A stretch of 64,000 bases of DNA, taken from positions 81,252 through 145,251 of the forward strand of contig VMGJ01000003.1 in assembly GCA_007376485.1 (NCBI GenBank), read 5' to 3'. The stretch's first letter is position 1. The number at the start of each line of letters is the position of its first letter. This DNA comes from Parcubacteria group bacterium Licking1014_17 (GTDB taxonomy: Bacteria; Patescibacteriota; Minisyncoccia; 2-02-FULL-40-12; IGHO2-01-FULL-4-A). The notes under the pieces are model-generated. The model was given only the letters and a program-made list of their open reading frames with translations, made no database searches and was not told the DNA's origin. The position numbers and the translations under genes were made by a program. Positions 36,537 through 50,770 of the stretch are shown here, piece after piece.

Positions 36537-38807
36537 TTATTCTTCTGTCGCAATCTTTTCATCCAACTTTTCGTCCAAATCCGAACTGACAAGCTGGCTT
36601 GTTGGCACGCCGGGTTTTACGAATACGTCTCTTGGTTTCGCGCCTTCGCCCGGCCCGATAATCCCCCTTTCTTCCAGAATATCAAGCAGACGCGCGGCAC
36701 GGGCGTAGCCGACGCGCAAGCGCCTTTGTAACAGCGACGCCGACGCTTTCTGCGCCTGAATCACAACTTCTCGCGCGTCATTGAACAAAACATCATCAAC
36801 TTCGGCGTCCTCGCCCATCGTCTCTCCTTTTACCGCCGCGTCCAAATCAACTTTAAATTCATCCTCTTTGTTGTATTCGGCAAATTCCTCCAACTGCGAG
36901 GCCTCGTCTTTTATAAACTTAACTACGTCTTTGACTTCTTTTTCGCTGACATACGCCGACTGGACGCGCCGCGGCTTGCTGGTATCGCCGGATTGTAACA
37001 GCATGTCGCCATTGCCAAGCAACCTGTCGGCGCCAGCCATATCAATAATTGTCCTTGAATCAATCTGTGAAGCGACTTGCAAAGCGATTCTTGTGGTGAT
37101 GTTCGCCTTAATCAAACCGGTAATGACTTCAACCGACGGCCTTTGAGTTGAGACAATCAAATGAATGCCGACGGCGCGCGCCATCTGGGCTAAGCGGACA
37201 ACCGCCGCTTCAATATCGCGCCCGTGCGCCGCCATCAGGTCCGCCAGCTCGTCTATAACTATTATGATATATGGCATCAGTTCTTTTTTGGCGTTGATTT
37301 GAATGACGTTATAGGAATTGATGTCGCGCGAACCGCTGGCGGAAAGTTTTTCGTAACGCCGTTCCATTTCATGAACCGCCCAGCGGAAAGCGTTCACGAC
37401 TTTTTTCGGGTCGGTGATAACCGGAGTGATGAGGTGGGGGATGCCGTTGTATAAAGACAGTTCCACTCTTTTCGGGTCAACCAAAATTAATTTCAAAATA
37501 TTCGGAGAATGCTTATATAAAAGCGAAAGTAAAAGCGCGTTTATGGCGACTGATTTGCCGGTCCCCGTGGCGCCGGCAATAAGCATGTGGGGCATTTTTT
37601 CCAATCCCGCGTAAACGGGAAAACCGGCTACGTCCCTGCCGACCGCCAAAGCTAAACTGTATTTGCTCTTTTTGAATTCCTCGGCTTCAATCAAATCACG
37701 CAAACCGACAAGCGCCGATTTTTTGTTCGGAACTTCAATGCCGACAAGCGCTTTTCCGGGAATCGGCGCTTCAATTCTTATCGGGTGCGCAGCCAAAGCC
37801 AGCGACAGGTCGTTTTGGAGAGCGGTTATCCGCGACAATTTAATGCCCATCGCGGGGCGCAGAGTAAATTGAGTAACCGTCGGACCGATGGACACCTCGC
37901 CCATCTCCACGTCAATGCCAAAATTGGAAAGAGTCCTTTTTATTATCGTAACGTTGGTGTTGATGTCGCCGGCGTGGGGTTGCTCTTTATCCGAATGAAG
38001 CATTTCAATCGGGGGCAACTCCCATTTGCCGGATTTTGAAGCCCTGATGACAAATTCTTTTTCCTCGTCCGCTTCCGATTTCTGGGCGGGTTTGGGCTTG
38101 ATAATTTGCGGATGGAAATCACCTTTCTGTTTCGCCGCTTCTTCTTCCGCCCTGGCGTCAATAATCTGCGAACCTCTTTTGACGACGACATTGTCCTTCA
38201 ATTCCTGAACTTCTTCGCCTTCTTCTTTTGCCGGCTTCAAGAAAAACAAAATGCTGTGGATTGGAACATTCAAAGCCACCAGAATTGAAATTATCAAAAC
38301 AAGAAAAAGCACCGTGAACGAAGCTATTGAGCCGACAAATCTAAGCAAGGGAAATCCCAAAACCAATCCCAGATAGCCGCCCTGCGTGACGCGAGTGGCG
38401 ATATCGCCCTTGCCGGTTATGTAAAACAAGCCCAGAAATCCCAAAACAAATATACCGGTGCCGACAAGAGCGCTTGAATAAATTCTGCTGTGGATGGATT
38501 TGAGAAAAGCGATGCCGAGTATCACGAGCGCCAGCGGTATGAGGAATATCCCCCAGCCGAAGAGTCGGCTTGCCACAACGGAGAAAACCAAACCGGCGTC
38601 ACCGGCTTTATTCAGAAAAGCCAGAGTTGTAATGACCGCCAAGCCGAAACAGGCGATGCTCCAGATGCCGTTTTTAGTTTCTTGCGCCAACCCAAAAACC
38701 GAAGAGGATTTCCCATTTGAATCTTTATCGCCATTCGCCTTCTTTTTCTTTTTGCGCCCAATCACATATAAAAGGATACCAAGCAATAGGTAAAATGCAA
38801 CCCACAA
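36537..38807 (-). CDS. ftsK: DNA translocase FtsK/SpoIIIE
   Basis: N-terminal TM segments, Walker A GATGTGKS, and a C-terminal gamma domain. Confidence 0.9.
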   Translation of the reverse strand: MWVAFYLLLGILLYVIGRKKKKKANGDKDSNGKSSSVFGLAQETKNGIWSIACFGLAVITTLAFLNKAGDAGLVFSVVASRLFGWGIFLIPLALVILGIAFLKSIHSRIYSSALVGTGIFVLGFLGLFYITGKGDIATRVTQGGYLGLVLGFPLLRFVGSIASFTVLFLVLIISILVALNVPIHSILFFLKPAKEEGEEVQELKDNVVVKRGSQIIDARAEEEAAKQKGDFHPQIIKPKPAQKSEADEEKEFVIRASKSGKWELPPIEMLHSDKEQPHAGDINTNVTIIKRTLSNFGIDVEMGEVSIGPTVTQFTLRPAMGIKLSRITALQNDLSLALAAHPIRIEAPIPGKALVGIEVPNKKSALVGLRDLIEAEEFKKSKYSLALAVGRDVAGFPVYAGLEKMPHMLIAGATGTGKSVAINALLLSLLYKHSPNILKLILVDPKRVELSLYNGIPHLITPVITDPKKVVNAFRWAVHEMERRYEKLSASGSRDINSYNVIQINAKKELMPYIIIVIDELADLMAAHGRDIEAAVVRLAQMARAVGIHLIVSTQRPSVEVITGLIKANITTRIALQVASQIDSRTIIDMAGADRLLGNGDMLLQSGDTSKPRRVQSAYVSEKEVKDVVKFIKDEASQLEEFAEYNKEDEFKVDLDAAVKGETMGEDAEVDDVLFNDAREVVIQAQKASASLLQRRLRVGYARAARLLDILEERGIIGPGEGAKPRDVFVKPGVPTSQLVSSDLDEKLDEKIATEE

Positions 38808-38848
38808 ATCATGCCCCGGGGTTGCCCGAACGCACTTTTTAAACTAAT

Positions 38849-39133
38849 ATGCCCTTATACCAAGCCCTAACCATGAAGTTGATCATATATTTATATAAGA
38901 ACAATATCAGGCTGGAACTTGAAAAAAATGGAGTGGTTATTGACTGCAAAGACCTGCCGTATTACCATGATTTGCCCGACGTGTTAATAACTTCGCTTGA
39001 CAAACTTTTAAAAGAGAATAGCATTGACATGAAAGCTATCACTTTATGTAAAATAAGGGAAAGGGGCGATGCCGGTATAACGGCTAGGAGGTTGGTCCAA
39101 ATATTTGCCGACGCGTTGAAAATAGGGCAATAA
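38849..39133 (+). CDS. Hypothetical protein
   Basis: 94-aa ORF with no recognisable domain. Confidence 0.35.
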   Translation: MPLYQALTMKLIIYLYKNNIRLELEKNGVVIDCKDLPYYHDLPDVLITSLDKLLKENSIDMKAITLCKIRERGDAGITARRLVQIFADALKIGQ

Positions 39134-39256
39134 AAGCGGGTTTTTCATACAAAAACCAACCAAGTGGTGGCTTAATAATAGAAGGAAGAAAAAAAAAGAG
39201 TGTTTCTGCCGAGCCCCCAAAAATAACAAGTAAAATAGGAAAGGTACCCATATTGG

Positions 39257-42200
39257 GTGGGGTTTTTGCGTTTCGGCTCGGTTGACTCGCAAAAAAGGGG
39301 CATTTACGCGCCTTACGCGCAAATAATTTTTATCAAAACCTTGCGTAAAATATTTTCAAAATATACCCCCGAGACTTTCGAGCCGCCAAATTTGGTTCAG
39401 GTCCAGTTGGATTCATACAACTGGTTTTTTGATGTTGGACTGAAAGAACTGATTAAGGACGCTTCCCCCGTAAACGACTGGACCGACAAGGAACTCGAAT
39501 TGAGATTTTTGGATTTCAAACTGGAAGAACCCAAAAACACCGAGCGCCAGGCGAGAGAAAAAAACATCACCTACGAGGCGCCTTTGAGAATAAAAGCTTC
39601 GCTTACCCATAAACGGACGAAGAAGTATCAGGAGCAGGAAGTTTATCTGGCGGATTTTCCCTTAATGACAACCCGCGGCACTTTTATCATCAACGGCGTT
39701 GAGAGAGTTATTATTTCACAGCTGATACGCAGTCCGGGCGTATTTTTTACGCCCTCGGAAACCGCCACCTATAAAAAATTATTCAGAGCCAAAATAATCC
39801 CCTCGCGCGGCGCGTGGCTTGAATTCGAAACAGAGTCCAACGGCTCTATCACCGTAAGAATTGACCGCAAGAGAAAAATTCCGGTAACCGCCATATTAAG
39901 GGCTTTTGGCATCGGCAAAGACGAAGACATTAAGAAATTATTTGAGGATGTGGACACCGACCCGGAAATGAAATACATCATCGCGACAATCCTGCAGGAT
40001 TCTTCGTCGTCGCACGAAGAAGGTTTAATCGAAATGTATAAGCGTATGAGACCGGGTGATCCGCCGAATGTTGAAAATGCCCGCCAAATGATAAACGGCA
40101 CGTTCAGGAATTACGCGCGCTATGACCTGTCACAAGTCGGAAGATATAGAATCAATCAGCGTTTCAATCATAATTATCCGCTGGATGAAGCAAATCGCAC
40201 GCTGAAAATCGAAGATATTATTGATGTTATCCGTGAAATCATAAGATTAAACAACGACCCGAACGCCGAGCCCGACAACATTGACCATCTGGGCAACAGG
40301 AGAGTAAAAACTCTGGGCGAGTTGCTTCAGGATAAACTTCGCCAAGCTTTCAGCCGAATGGAAAGAACGGTCAAAGACAGGATGAGTACAACCGACTTGA
40401 ATATTGTTACTCCGGCAATGCTTATAAACGGCAGACCGGTAGTGGCGGCTTTGCGCGAATTCTTTTCTTCCGGCCAACTGTCGCAGTTCATGGACCAGGT
40501 TAATCCCCTCGCCGAGCTTGAACATAAGAGACGTATGTCGGCGATGGGTCCCGGCGGCTTGACCCGCGAGCGCGCCAGCTACGAAGTTCGCGACGTCCAC
40601 CCGTCCCACTACGGACGCATCTGCCCGATTCAAACTCCCGAAGGTCCGAATATCGGTCTTGTCAGCTATCTCGCCATAAACGCCAAAATTTCGCCGCTCG
40701 GTTTTATTCTCACTCCTTATAAAAAAGTCGAGAAAGGCGTTGTCACCGAAGAAATAAAATATATGGACGCCAATGAAGAGGAAAAAGAAATCATCGCTTA
40801 CGCCGGCGTCAAAATAAACGAACACGGAAAAATCATTGATGACGAGATCCCGGCACGCATCCCCGGCGAAGAGGTGGGTTTGGCGAAAGCAAATGAAATT
40901 ACTTATGTTGACGTTTCATCCAAACAGCCGTTTTCGGTGGCGACTTCGCTTATACCGTTTTTAGAAAACGACGATGCCAACCGCGCCCTGATGGGATCTA
41001 ACATGCAACGGCAGGCGGAGCCGGTAATCATGCCTGAAGCGCCCATAGTAGGAACAGGCATGGAAGAAAAAGTGGCGCGTGATTCCGGAATGCTGATACT
41101 TGCCGAGGAAAACGGCATTATTGAGGAAATCGACGGTAAACATATAGTTATTAAGACTGATAAAGGCAAAAAAATCGAGTATTTGCTGATGAAGTTTATG
41201 CGTTCAAACGCGTTTACCGCCATCAACCAAAGACCGATAGTAAAACTGGGGCAGAAAGTTAAAAAAGGCGACGTGCTGGCTGACGGACCGGCAACGCGGG
41301 ACGGCGAACTGGCACTGGGAAGAAATCTGGTTGTGGCGTTTATGTCTTTCGAGGGCGCAAATTTTGAAGATGCCGTGGTTCTGTCCAACCGTGTGGTAAA
41401 AGACGACTATTTCACTTCTATCCATATTGAAGATTATTCGGTTGACGTCCGTGAAACCAAGCTCGGTCCCGAAGTGACCACCTACGATATCCCCAACCGT
41501 TCCGAATCGAAACTTAAAGACCTTGATTCCGACGGCATAGTGAGAATCGGCGCTGAAGTCAGATCGCAGGATATTCTTGTCGGAAAAATTTCTCCCAAAG
41601 GCGAGAACGACCTGACAGCCGAAGAAAGGCTGCTCAAAGCGATATTCGGAGAGAAATCAAGAGACGTCAAAGACTCGTCACTGACGTTGGACTACGGAAA
41701 AATCGGCCGGGTCGTCGGCGTAAAAGTTTTTTCGCGCGACCAGGGCGATAAACTGCAGGCGGGTGTTATCAAAAGCATCCAGGTTTCGGTGGCGCGCATG
41801 CGCAAAGTTCAGGCGGGCGACAAACTCGCGGGGCGGCACGGAAACAAGGGCGTCATTTCAACGATTCTGCCGGAGGAAGACATGCCGGTGCTCCCGGACG
41901 GACAGCCCGTTGATATGATTCTAAGTCCCCTCGGTATTTTCTCCCGTATGAACATAGGTCAGGTTCTTGAAACGCACCTCGGTTGGGCCGCCGCCAAGCT
42001 TGGTTATAAGGCAATGGTACCGGCGATGGCCGGGCCGTCCGAAGAAACCATCAAGGAAGAATTAAGAAAAGCCGGTTTGCCCGAGGATGGAAAAATTTAT
42101 TTGAGAGACGGACGCACGGGTGCGCAGTTTGACCAGAAAACGACTGTCGGCGTTATTTATTTCATGAAACTCAACCACATGGTTGAAGACAAAATCCACA

Positions 42201-42496
42201 TGCGTTCTATCGGCCCTTATTCTTTGATTACACAGCAGCCGCTGGGCGGCAAAGCCCAGTTCGGCGGCCAAAGGTTTGGAGAAATGGAAGTTTGGGCGCT
42301 TGAAGGTTACGGCGCGGCGCACACGCTTCAGGAAATGCTGACAATTAAATCGGATGACGTTCAGGGGCGTTCCAGGACATACGAGGCGATAATCAACGGC
42401 GAGGAAATTAAAGCCCCCCAGTTGCCGGAATCGTTCAAGGTTCTGCTTTCCGAAATAAAGGGTTTGGGATTGAGCGTCGAATTGGTGGAGAGATAA
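39257..42496 (+). CDS. rpoB: DNA-directed RNA polymerase subunit beta. The start is uncertain and is probably a TTG/GTG a few codons downstream
   Basis: Conserved N-terminus NLVQVQLDSY and the Rpb2 domains. Confidence 0.95.
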   Translation: MGFLRFGSVDSQKRGIYAPYAQIIFIKTLRKIFSKYTPETFEPPNLVQVQLDSYNWFFDVGLKELIKDASPVNDWTDKELELRFLDFKLEEPKNTERQAREKNITYEAPLRIKASLTHKRTKKYQEQEVYLADFPLMTTRGTFIINGVERVIISQLIRSPGVFFTPSETATYKKLFRAKIIPSRGAWLEFETESNGSITVRIDRKRKIPVTAILRAFGIGKDEDIKKLFEDVDTDPEMKYIIATILQDSSSSHEEGLIEMYKRMRPGDPPNVENARQMINGTFRNYARYDLSQVGRYRINQRFNHNYPLDEANRTLKIEDIIDVIREIIRLNNDPNAEPDNIDHLGNRRVKTLGELLQDKLRQAFSRMERTVKDRMSTTDLNIVTPAMLINGRPVVAALREFFSSGQLSQFMDQVNPLAELEHKRRMSAMGPGGLTRERASYEVRDVHPSHYGRICPIQTPEGPNIGLVSYLAINAKISPLGFILTPYKKVEKGVVTEEIKYMDANEEEKEIIAYAGVKINEHGKIIDDEIPARIPGEEVGLAKANEITYVDVSSKQPFSVATSLIPFLENDDANRALMGSNMQRQAEPVIMPEAPIVGTGMEEKVARDSGMLILAEENGIIEEIDGKHIVIKTDKGKKIEYLLMKFMRSNAFTAINQRPIVKLGQKVKKGDVLADGPATRDGELALGRNLVVAFMSFEGANFEDAVVLSNRVVKDDYFTSIHIEDYSVDVRETKLGPEVTTYDIPNRSESKLKDLDSDGIVRIGAEVRSQDILVGKISPKGENDLTAEERLLKAIFGEKSRDVKDSSLTLDYGKIGRVVGVKVFSRDQGDKLQAGVIKSIQVSVARMRKVQAGDKLAGRHGNKGVISTILPEEDMPVLPDGQPVDMILSPLGIFSRMNIGQVLETHLGWAAAKLGYKAMVPAMAGPSEETIKEELRKAGLPEDGKIYLRDGRTGAQFDQKTTVGVIYFMKLNHMVEDKIHMRSIGPYSLITQQPLGGKAQFGGQRFGEMEVWALEGYGAAHTLQEMLTIKSDDVQGRSRTYEAIINGEEIKAPQLPESFKVLLSEIKGLGLSVELVER

Positions 42497-42504
42497 AAAA
42501 TAAA

Positions 42505-46110
<3,606 letters not shown>

Positions 46111-46189
46111 CCCCGGCTCCGGTAATCTTCTCCCATAAAATAGATCCTCTTGCCTGCTGCGTGTTTTGCGTTAAAATCATTGGGTACTT

Positions 46190-47272
46190 ATGTATTTCAT
46201 CGCGGCTTTGAGAAAACTGGATTGGGCAATAATCGGCATTATTTGCCTTATTCTCACGCTGGGACTCTTCACTTTCATGAGTCTGGAAGCCGGGGATTAC
46301 GTAATAACCGTCCGCCAGCTTATATTTATTGCCACCGGCCTCGCAGTGATGTTCTTAGTGGCATTTCTTGACTACCGCGTGTTCAAAAATAGTTCTCTTG
46401 TAGCGCTTCTTCCTTACCTGATATCGGTGCTTTTGTTGATTATTGTTTTTGCTTTTAAGGAAATACGCGGCGCCAGTTCTTGGATAAAAATCGGCGTATT
46501 TCGTCTCGAGCCCTCGGAGTTCGCGAAAGTGTCTTTAATAATTCTTCTGGCGAAGTATTTTTCGCTTAAACATATAGAAATATCGCGCATTCGCCATATT
46601 TTCATATCGGGCATCTACGCTGTTGTTCCGGCGACCCTCGCTTTTTTTCAACCCGACCTCGGCTCGGCGCTTGTTATGATTGCCATCTGGTTGGGAATGC
46701 TGATGTTTTCCGGCGTCAGAAAATCGCATCTGGCGGCTATTTTTATTGTCGGTATTGTCATTTCCACTCTCGGCTGGTTTTTCCTTTTAAAACCTTACCA
46801 GCGGACGCGAATCACCACTTTTATAAATCCCTACGTTGACCCGCGCGGGACCGGTTACAGCACTATTCAGTCGCGCATAACCTTCGGCTCCGGAAAAATA
46901 TTGGGCATACTCGGCGCGCGCAAGGAAGAAAGGCCGCCGACCTCAATCCCAGAGCCTTTCACAGATTTTACTTTCGCGGCGTTCGCCCAGAAATTCGGCT
47001 TCGTCGGCGTTGTTGTTTTGCTGGGCGCTTTCTTTCTGCTGATTCAGAGGATAGGAAATATCGGCGGGCAGGCGAGCAACAATTTCGCCAAGCTTTTTTC
47101 GCTTGGCTTGATTACTATGATATTCACCCACCTGTTCATCAACGCGGGTATGAATATGGGTATTATGCCCATTACCGGCATCCCGCTGACGTTTCTAAGC
47201 CACGGGGGCAGCCATCTGATAGCCGTAATGGCCGGAATCGGGCTGATTCAAAGCATAAAACTGCACGGCTAA
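46190..47272 (+). CDS. ftsW: SEDS-family peptidoglycan polymerase (FtsW/RodA)
   Basis: 10-TM topology and conserved SEDS motifs. Confidence 0.85.
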   Translation: MYFIAALRKLDWAIIGIICLILTLGLFTFMSLEAGDYVITVRQLIFIATGLAVMFLVAFLDYRVFKNSSLVALLPYLISVLLLIIVFAFKEIRGASSWIKIGVFRLEPSEFAKVSLIILLAKYFSLKHIEISRIRHIFISGIYAVVPATLAFFQPDLGSALVMIAIWLGMLMFSGVRKSHLAAIFIVGIVISTLGWFFLLKPYQRTRITTFINPYVDPRGTGYSTIQSRITFGSGKILGILGARKEERPPTSIPEPFTDFTFAAFAQKFGFVGVVVLLGAFFLLIQRIGNIGGQASNNFAKLFSLGLITMIFTHLFINAGMNMGIMPITGIPLTFLSHGGSHLIAVMAGIGLIQSIKLHG

Positions 47273-47291
47273 AAATAAATATTTTCAGCTA

Positions 47292-48173
47292 TTAGTACAT
47301 CTGTTGGAATCTTTCTTCGCCGCCGTAAGCTTTGATGAAATTTTCGTCGCCGAAGACATTCGCGTTGGCTTCAACAACTACCCGGCTGACCTGCCCCGAT
47401 ACGGGAGACGTCCAAACGGCTTCAAACCCGCGGTTTGTTTTGGACAAAACCGTCCTGATTTCGCTGGTATTCACAGAGATGGGTTCATTGTTTGCATCCA
47501 TCAGGACAACAACAATATCAACTAAATTTAAATCAAAACCCGAATCATTGAAAACGTCGCTCCTCGCTTTGGCGTAAACCCCCGGCTGGTTTAGCGGCAC
47601 GAAAACTGGATTCCTGACTGTCAAAGATATACCGGCTGGCGCCAGCGGATTCAGTTTTTTCCAGTCTATGCTTTTTATTTTCATAGCCGCTTCCGTAACC
47701 GGCTGGCTGAATCTTTGCATCATCAAAACAACGTATTTTGTCTGGCCGGGCATAATGTAAAAACTGCCGGTTCTGGTTTCCGGCCCGGCATCGCCGGTAA
47801 AAGTAACTTCGTAATCAACTTCCGGCGAGCCAAAATCCGCGTTCGGATTCCTGACCTGGGCGAGAAAATCATAATCGCCGCCGGCTGAAGAAAAAAGCTT
47901 GGATGAAATTATTTCAATGTTATTTATCGTTGGCGTCGGGGTCGGTGTCGGCGGGGGGATATAGGGAAACATCCACCTGTAGCCCAAATAGCAAATACTG
48001 CCGACGACAAAAAGAAAAACCGCGAGATAAATGAGTTGTTTGCCTAATCTGATAGCGGGATTCATAAGTTTTATTATACCAGAATAATAAAAACGAAAAA
48101 CCCCCGGCCGTTGTAGCGCCGAGGGCCCCTTTACGCCCCCAGGGTCGGGGAATCCCTGGGAGGCATCCATCAT
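47292..48173 (-). CDS. Membrane-anchored hypothetical protein with a PT-repeat linker. The likely start is the internal MNPAIRL
   Basis: A TM helix followed by PPPTPTPTPT and an extracytoplasmic beta-rich domain. Confidence 0.4.
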   Translation of the reverse strand: MMDASQGFPDPGGVKGPSALQRPGVFRFYYSGIIKLMNPAIRLGKQLIYLAVFLFVVGSICYLGYRWMFPYIPPPTPTPTPTINNIEIISSKLFSSAGGDYDFLAQVRNPNADFGSPEVDYEVTFTGDAGPETRTGSFYIMPGQTKYVVLMMQRFSQPVTEAAMKIKSIDWKKLNPLAPAGISLTVRNPVFVPLNQPGVYAKARSDVFNDSGFDLNLVDIVVVLMDANNEPISVNTSEIRTVLSKTNRGFEAVWTSPVSGQVSRVVVEANANVFGDENFIKAYGGEERFQQMY

Positions 48174-48426
48174 TTTTCATCTATGAGAGTAGGATGCGTT
48201 ACCCCCATAGATATATCCCTGTCTCTTTTCTATCCCACCGCCGTAAGACCGGGAAACGTCTCTGCTGTGGTCTGGGCCATTTTGCTTAACACTTGGAAGA
48301 CCTACCCAGATTGTTGGTTCCAAGTGTTTGTTTAATTATAGCACCTGCGTAATTTTTGTCAATGGCTCATTATAAGACCCCTCTTCATGGTAAAAACTTG
48401 TTATTTCATCGCCAAAAATAAAAAAC

Positions 48427-48546
48427 ATTGGTCTGGCGGCTACCCACTTTCGCAGTCATACGACCACTATCATAGGCCTTGATGGATTTCACTTCTGAGT
48501 TCGGAATGGGATCAGGTGGGACACCATCGGTATAGTCGCCAAGCCA
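48427..48546 (-). rRNA. rrf: 5S ribosomal RNA
   Basis: The minus strand reads ...CCCACCTGATCCCATTCCGAACTCAGAAGTGAAA... with a helix-I closure. Confidence 0.85.
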
Positions 48547-48983
48547 ATGTTTTTTATTACACGGCAAACAATGTCGCCTTAATGGCAACAGAATAAATTG
48601 GACACTCAACCTTGTAAGGAAATACAGACGATCTATTAGTAACTCTTGGCTCAAAGCCTTGCGGCTCTTACACCTGAGTCCTATCAACGTGGTAGTCTTC
48701 CACGGATCTGCGAAGCCTAATCTTGGGGCCCGTTTCGCGCTTATATGCTTTCAGCGCTTATCGGAACCGAACATAGCTGCCCAGCGCTGCCCTTGGCAGG
48801 ACAACTGGTAGACCAGAGGTTCGTTCATCCCGGTCCTCTCGTACTAGGGACAACCCCCCTCAAGCTTCTAACGCCCACACCAGATAAGGACCAACCTGTC
48901 TCACGACGGTTTGAACCCAGCTCGCGTACCCTTTTAATTGGCGAACAGCCAAACCCTTGGCAGCTTCTTCACCGCCAGGATAG

Positions 48984-49862
48984 GGCGCACATTTATCTTC
49001 TATTACTAGAAGTGCAGACTATATCTTCTCCCGTCTTCCAATCGAAAGGTGGGAGTTGGCGTATTATAGCAGTTAAAAAACTGCTATCCTCTCGCAATAG
49101 CGAGAAAGTCGTTACGGGGTAAGAGAAACTTTATACAATAGACTATCTAAAATATACGGCTTGATGATTTCACAAAACTTTTGCGATGATCTTTCCGGAA
49201 TATATATGTTGAATGTTTTACCCTTTTTATGGATTGCCGCTACGATTCCGAAATTCATCTTCAGACAATCCACTAGCATTTGCTGTTCTTGATACGAAAA
49301 TATATCCGTATTAAGTCTCAGCGCATTACAATCGTTCCGTTTATATCCGTCGTCCATTACCCAAACCGCCAGCGATAATGGTTCAATAAGAATTTCTTGA
49401 ATATTATCAGGAACTATTTTGATTCTATTCTTGTAAAACATATCCCGCCATTCCTGAAATATTCCGTTTGAACATGTCGAGAAATGTAACCGCCTGTATT
49501 CTTTATTCTCTTTCTTGTGGAACGAAGTGATAACTCTGGGCTTACTTGGCACAAGGTTTTTAAATACTTCATATTTCCATAATACATACTCCTTCTGTGC
49601 CATGCCGTGGTCTACTTTTAGACGCACGCCCTTGCCATTTTGCTCCAGATGCCCGTCGCCGAGCATTGTTCCAATTAATATCGCTTTTTGTGTTGCCGTT
49701 AATAGCATACTGTATAAAGCCTCTCCTACTTCCCACGATATTATCCTATCATAGCTGGGTAGCCTCTAATAGGACTCCATCGTTATTAGCCAACGTTGCA
49801 AGTTTATTTCTTAAAAGACACAAACTTGCCAACTCGAATTACTTCGAGTACGGCCCGTTTTG
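48984..49862 (-). mobile_element. Intron-like insertion (putative group I intron) in 23S domain V. It interrupts GATGTCGGCTCA | (T)ATCCTGG and carries a LAGLIDADG gene
   Basis: The exon sequence is contiguous with E. coli-like 23S on both sides, and the boundaries were located by eye. Confidence 0.6.
49112..49708 (-). CDS. LAGLIDADG homing endonuclease (two-motif, monomeric type)
   Basis: [11 protein letters not shown] and [10 protein letters not shown] motifs. Confidence 0.85.
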   Translation of the reverse strand: MLLTATQKAILIGTMLGDGHLEQNGKGVRLKVDHGMAQKEYVLWKYEVFKNLVPSKPRVITSFHKKENKEYRRLHFSTCSNGIFQEWRDMFYKNRIKIVPDNIQEILIEPLSLAVWVMDDGYKRNDCNALRLNTDIFSYQEQQMLVDCLKMNFGIVAAIHKKGKTFNIYIPERSSQKFCEIIKPYILDSLLYKVSLTP

Positions 49863-50172
49863 TTGAGCCGACATCGAGGTGCCGAACACTGCCGTCGCTA
49901 TGGACGCTCGGGCAGTACCAGCCTGTTATCCCCGGAGTAGCTTTTATCTGATGATCTTCCCCGTTCCTACGAACAAGGGTCGGTTCACTAACACCTGCTT
50001 TCGCATCTGCTTGACACATCCGTCTCACAGTTAAGCCGGCTTATGCGTTTGCACTATCGCTCCGATTTCCATCCGGAGCTAGCCGACCTTCGTACGCCTC
50101 CGTTACTCTTTAGGAGGCAACAGCCCCAGTTAAACTGCCCGCCAGACACTGTCTTGATGGCACCCTAGAAGG

Positions 50173-50474
50173 GGACGAGTAAACTCGTCCGAGCATCCTG
50201 TAATATTCGTTCAAATATCACAGGATGTTATAGATTATGAGCATTAAAGAATCTAATCTCATTTTTTTGATCGCTGATACAGGTCAGAAAGAGTTTTTCA
50301 TCCCCAAAACAAAAGGGTTGTAAACTCCTGTCGCCTATGTTTTTCAACACCGCATTGGCGACATGTTTCTCTAGATCCGAACTTTCAAAATCAAACTTTA
50401 TCTGCTGTGTTCGGACTTCTGGCCCGCCTTCACATTTATTAAAGTGAAGTTTCAGAAGTATCATTTTATTTCCT
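50173..50474 (-). other. About 300-nt insertion in the terminal loop of a 23S domain-V helix. The arms are ggtggcaccctggaagg and ccttctagggtgcc. It contains an SD-led ORF plus two 3' hairpins
   Basis: The helix arms are perfectly complementary and flank the insert, and the equivalent E. coli helix is a short hairpin. Confidence 0.5.
50228..50464 (-). CDS. Small ORF of 78 aa from the SD-proximal ATG, embedded in the 23S helix-loop insertion
   Basis: GGAAGGAGGAAATAAA-ATG. The ORF ends just before two stable hairpins. No recognisable domain. Confidence 0.4.
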   Translation of the reverse strand: MILLKLHFNKCEGGPEVRTQQIKFDFESSDLEKHVANAVLKNIGDRSLQPFCFGDEKLFLTCISDQKNEIRFFNAHNL

Positions 50475-50770
50475 CCTTCCAGGGTGCCACCAGTTAGAAT
50501 TACAAATGACAAAGATGGGTGTTTCATTGGCGGATCCACGCCTCCCGAAAGAGGCGCTTCAAATCCTCCCCACTACGCTACGCATTGCCGCTCGTAACCC
50601 AATATCAAGCTACAGTAAAGCTTCCGGGGTCTTTCCGTCTTGGTGCGGGTAGTCAGCATCTTTACTGACATTGCATTTTCACCGGGCTAGTGGCTGAGAC
50701 AGTCCCCCAGTCGTTACGCTATTCATGCGCGTGGGAACTTACCCCACAAGGTATTTCGCTACCTTTGGAC

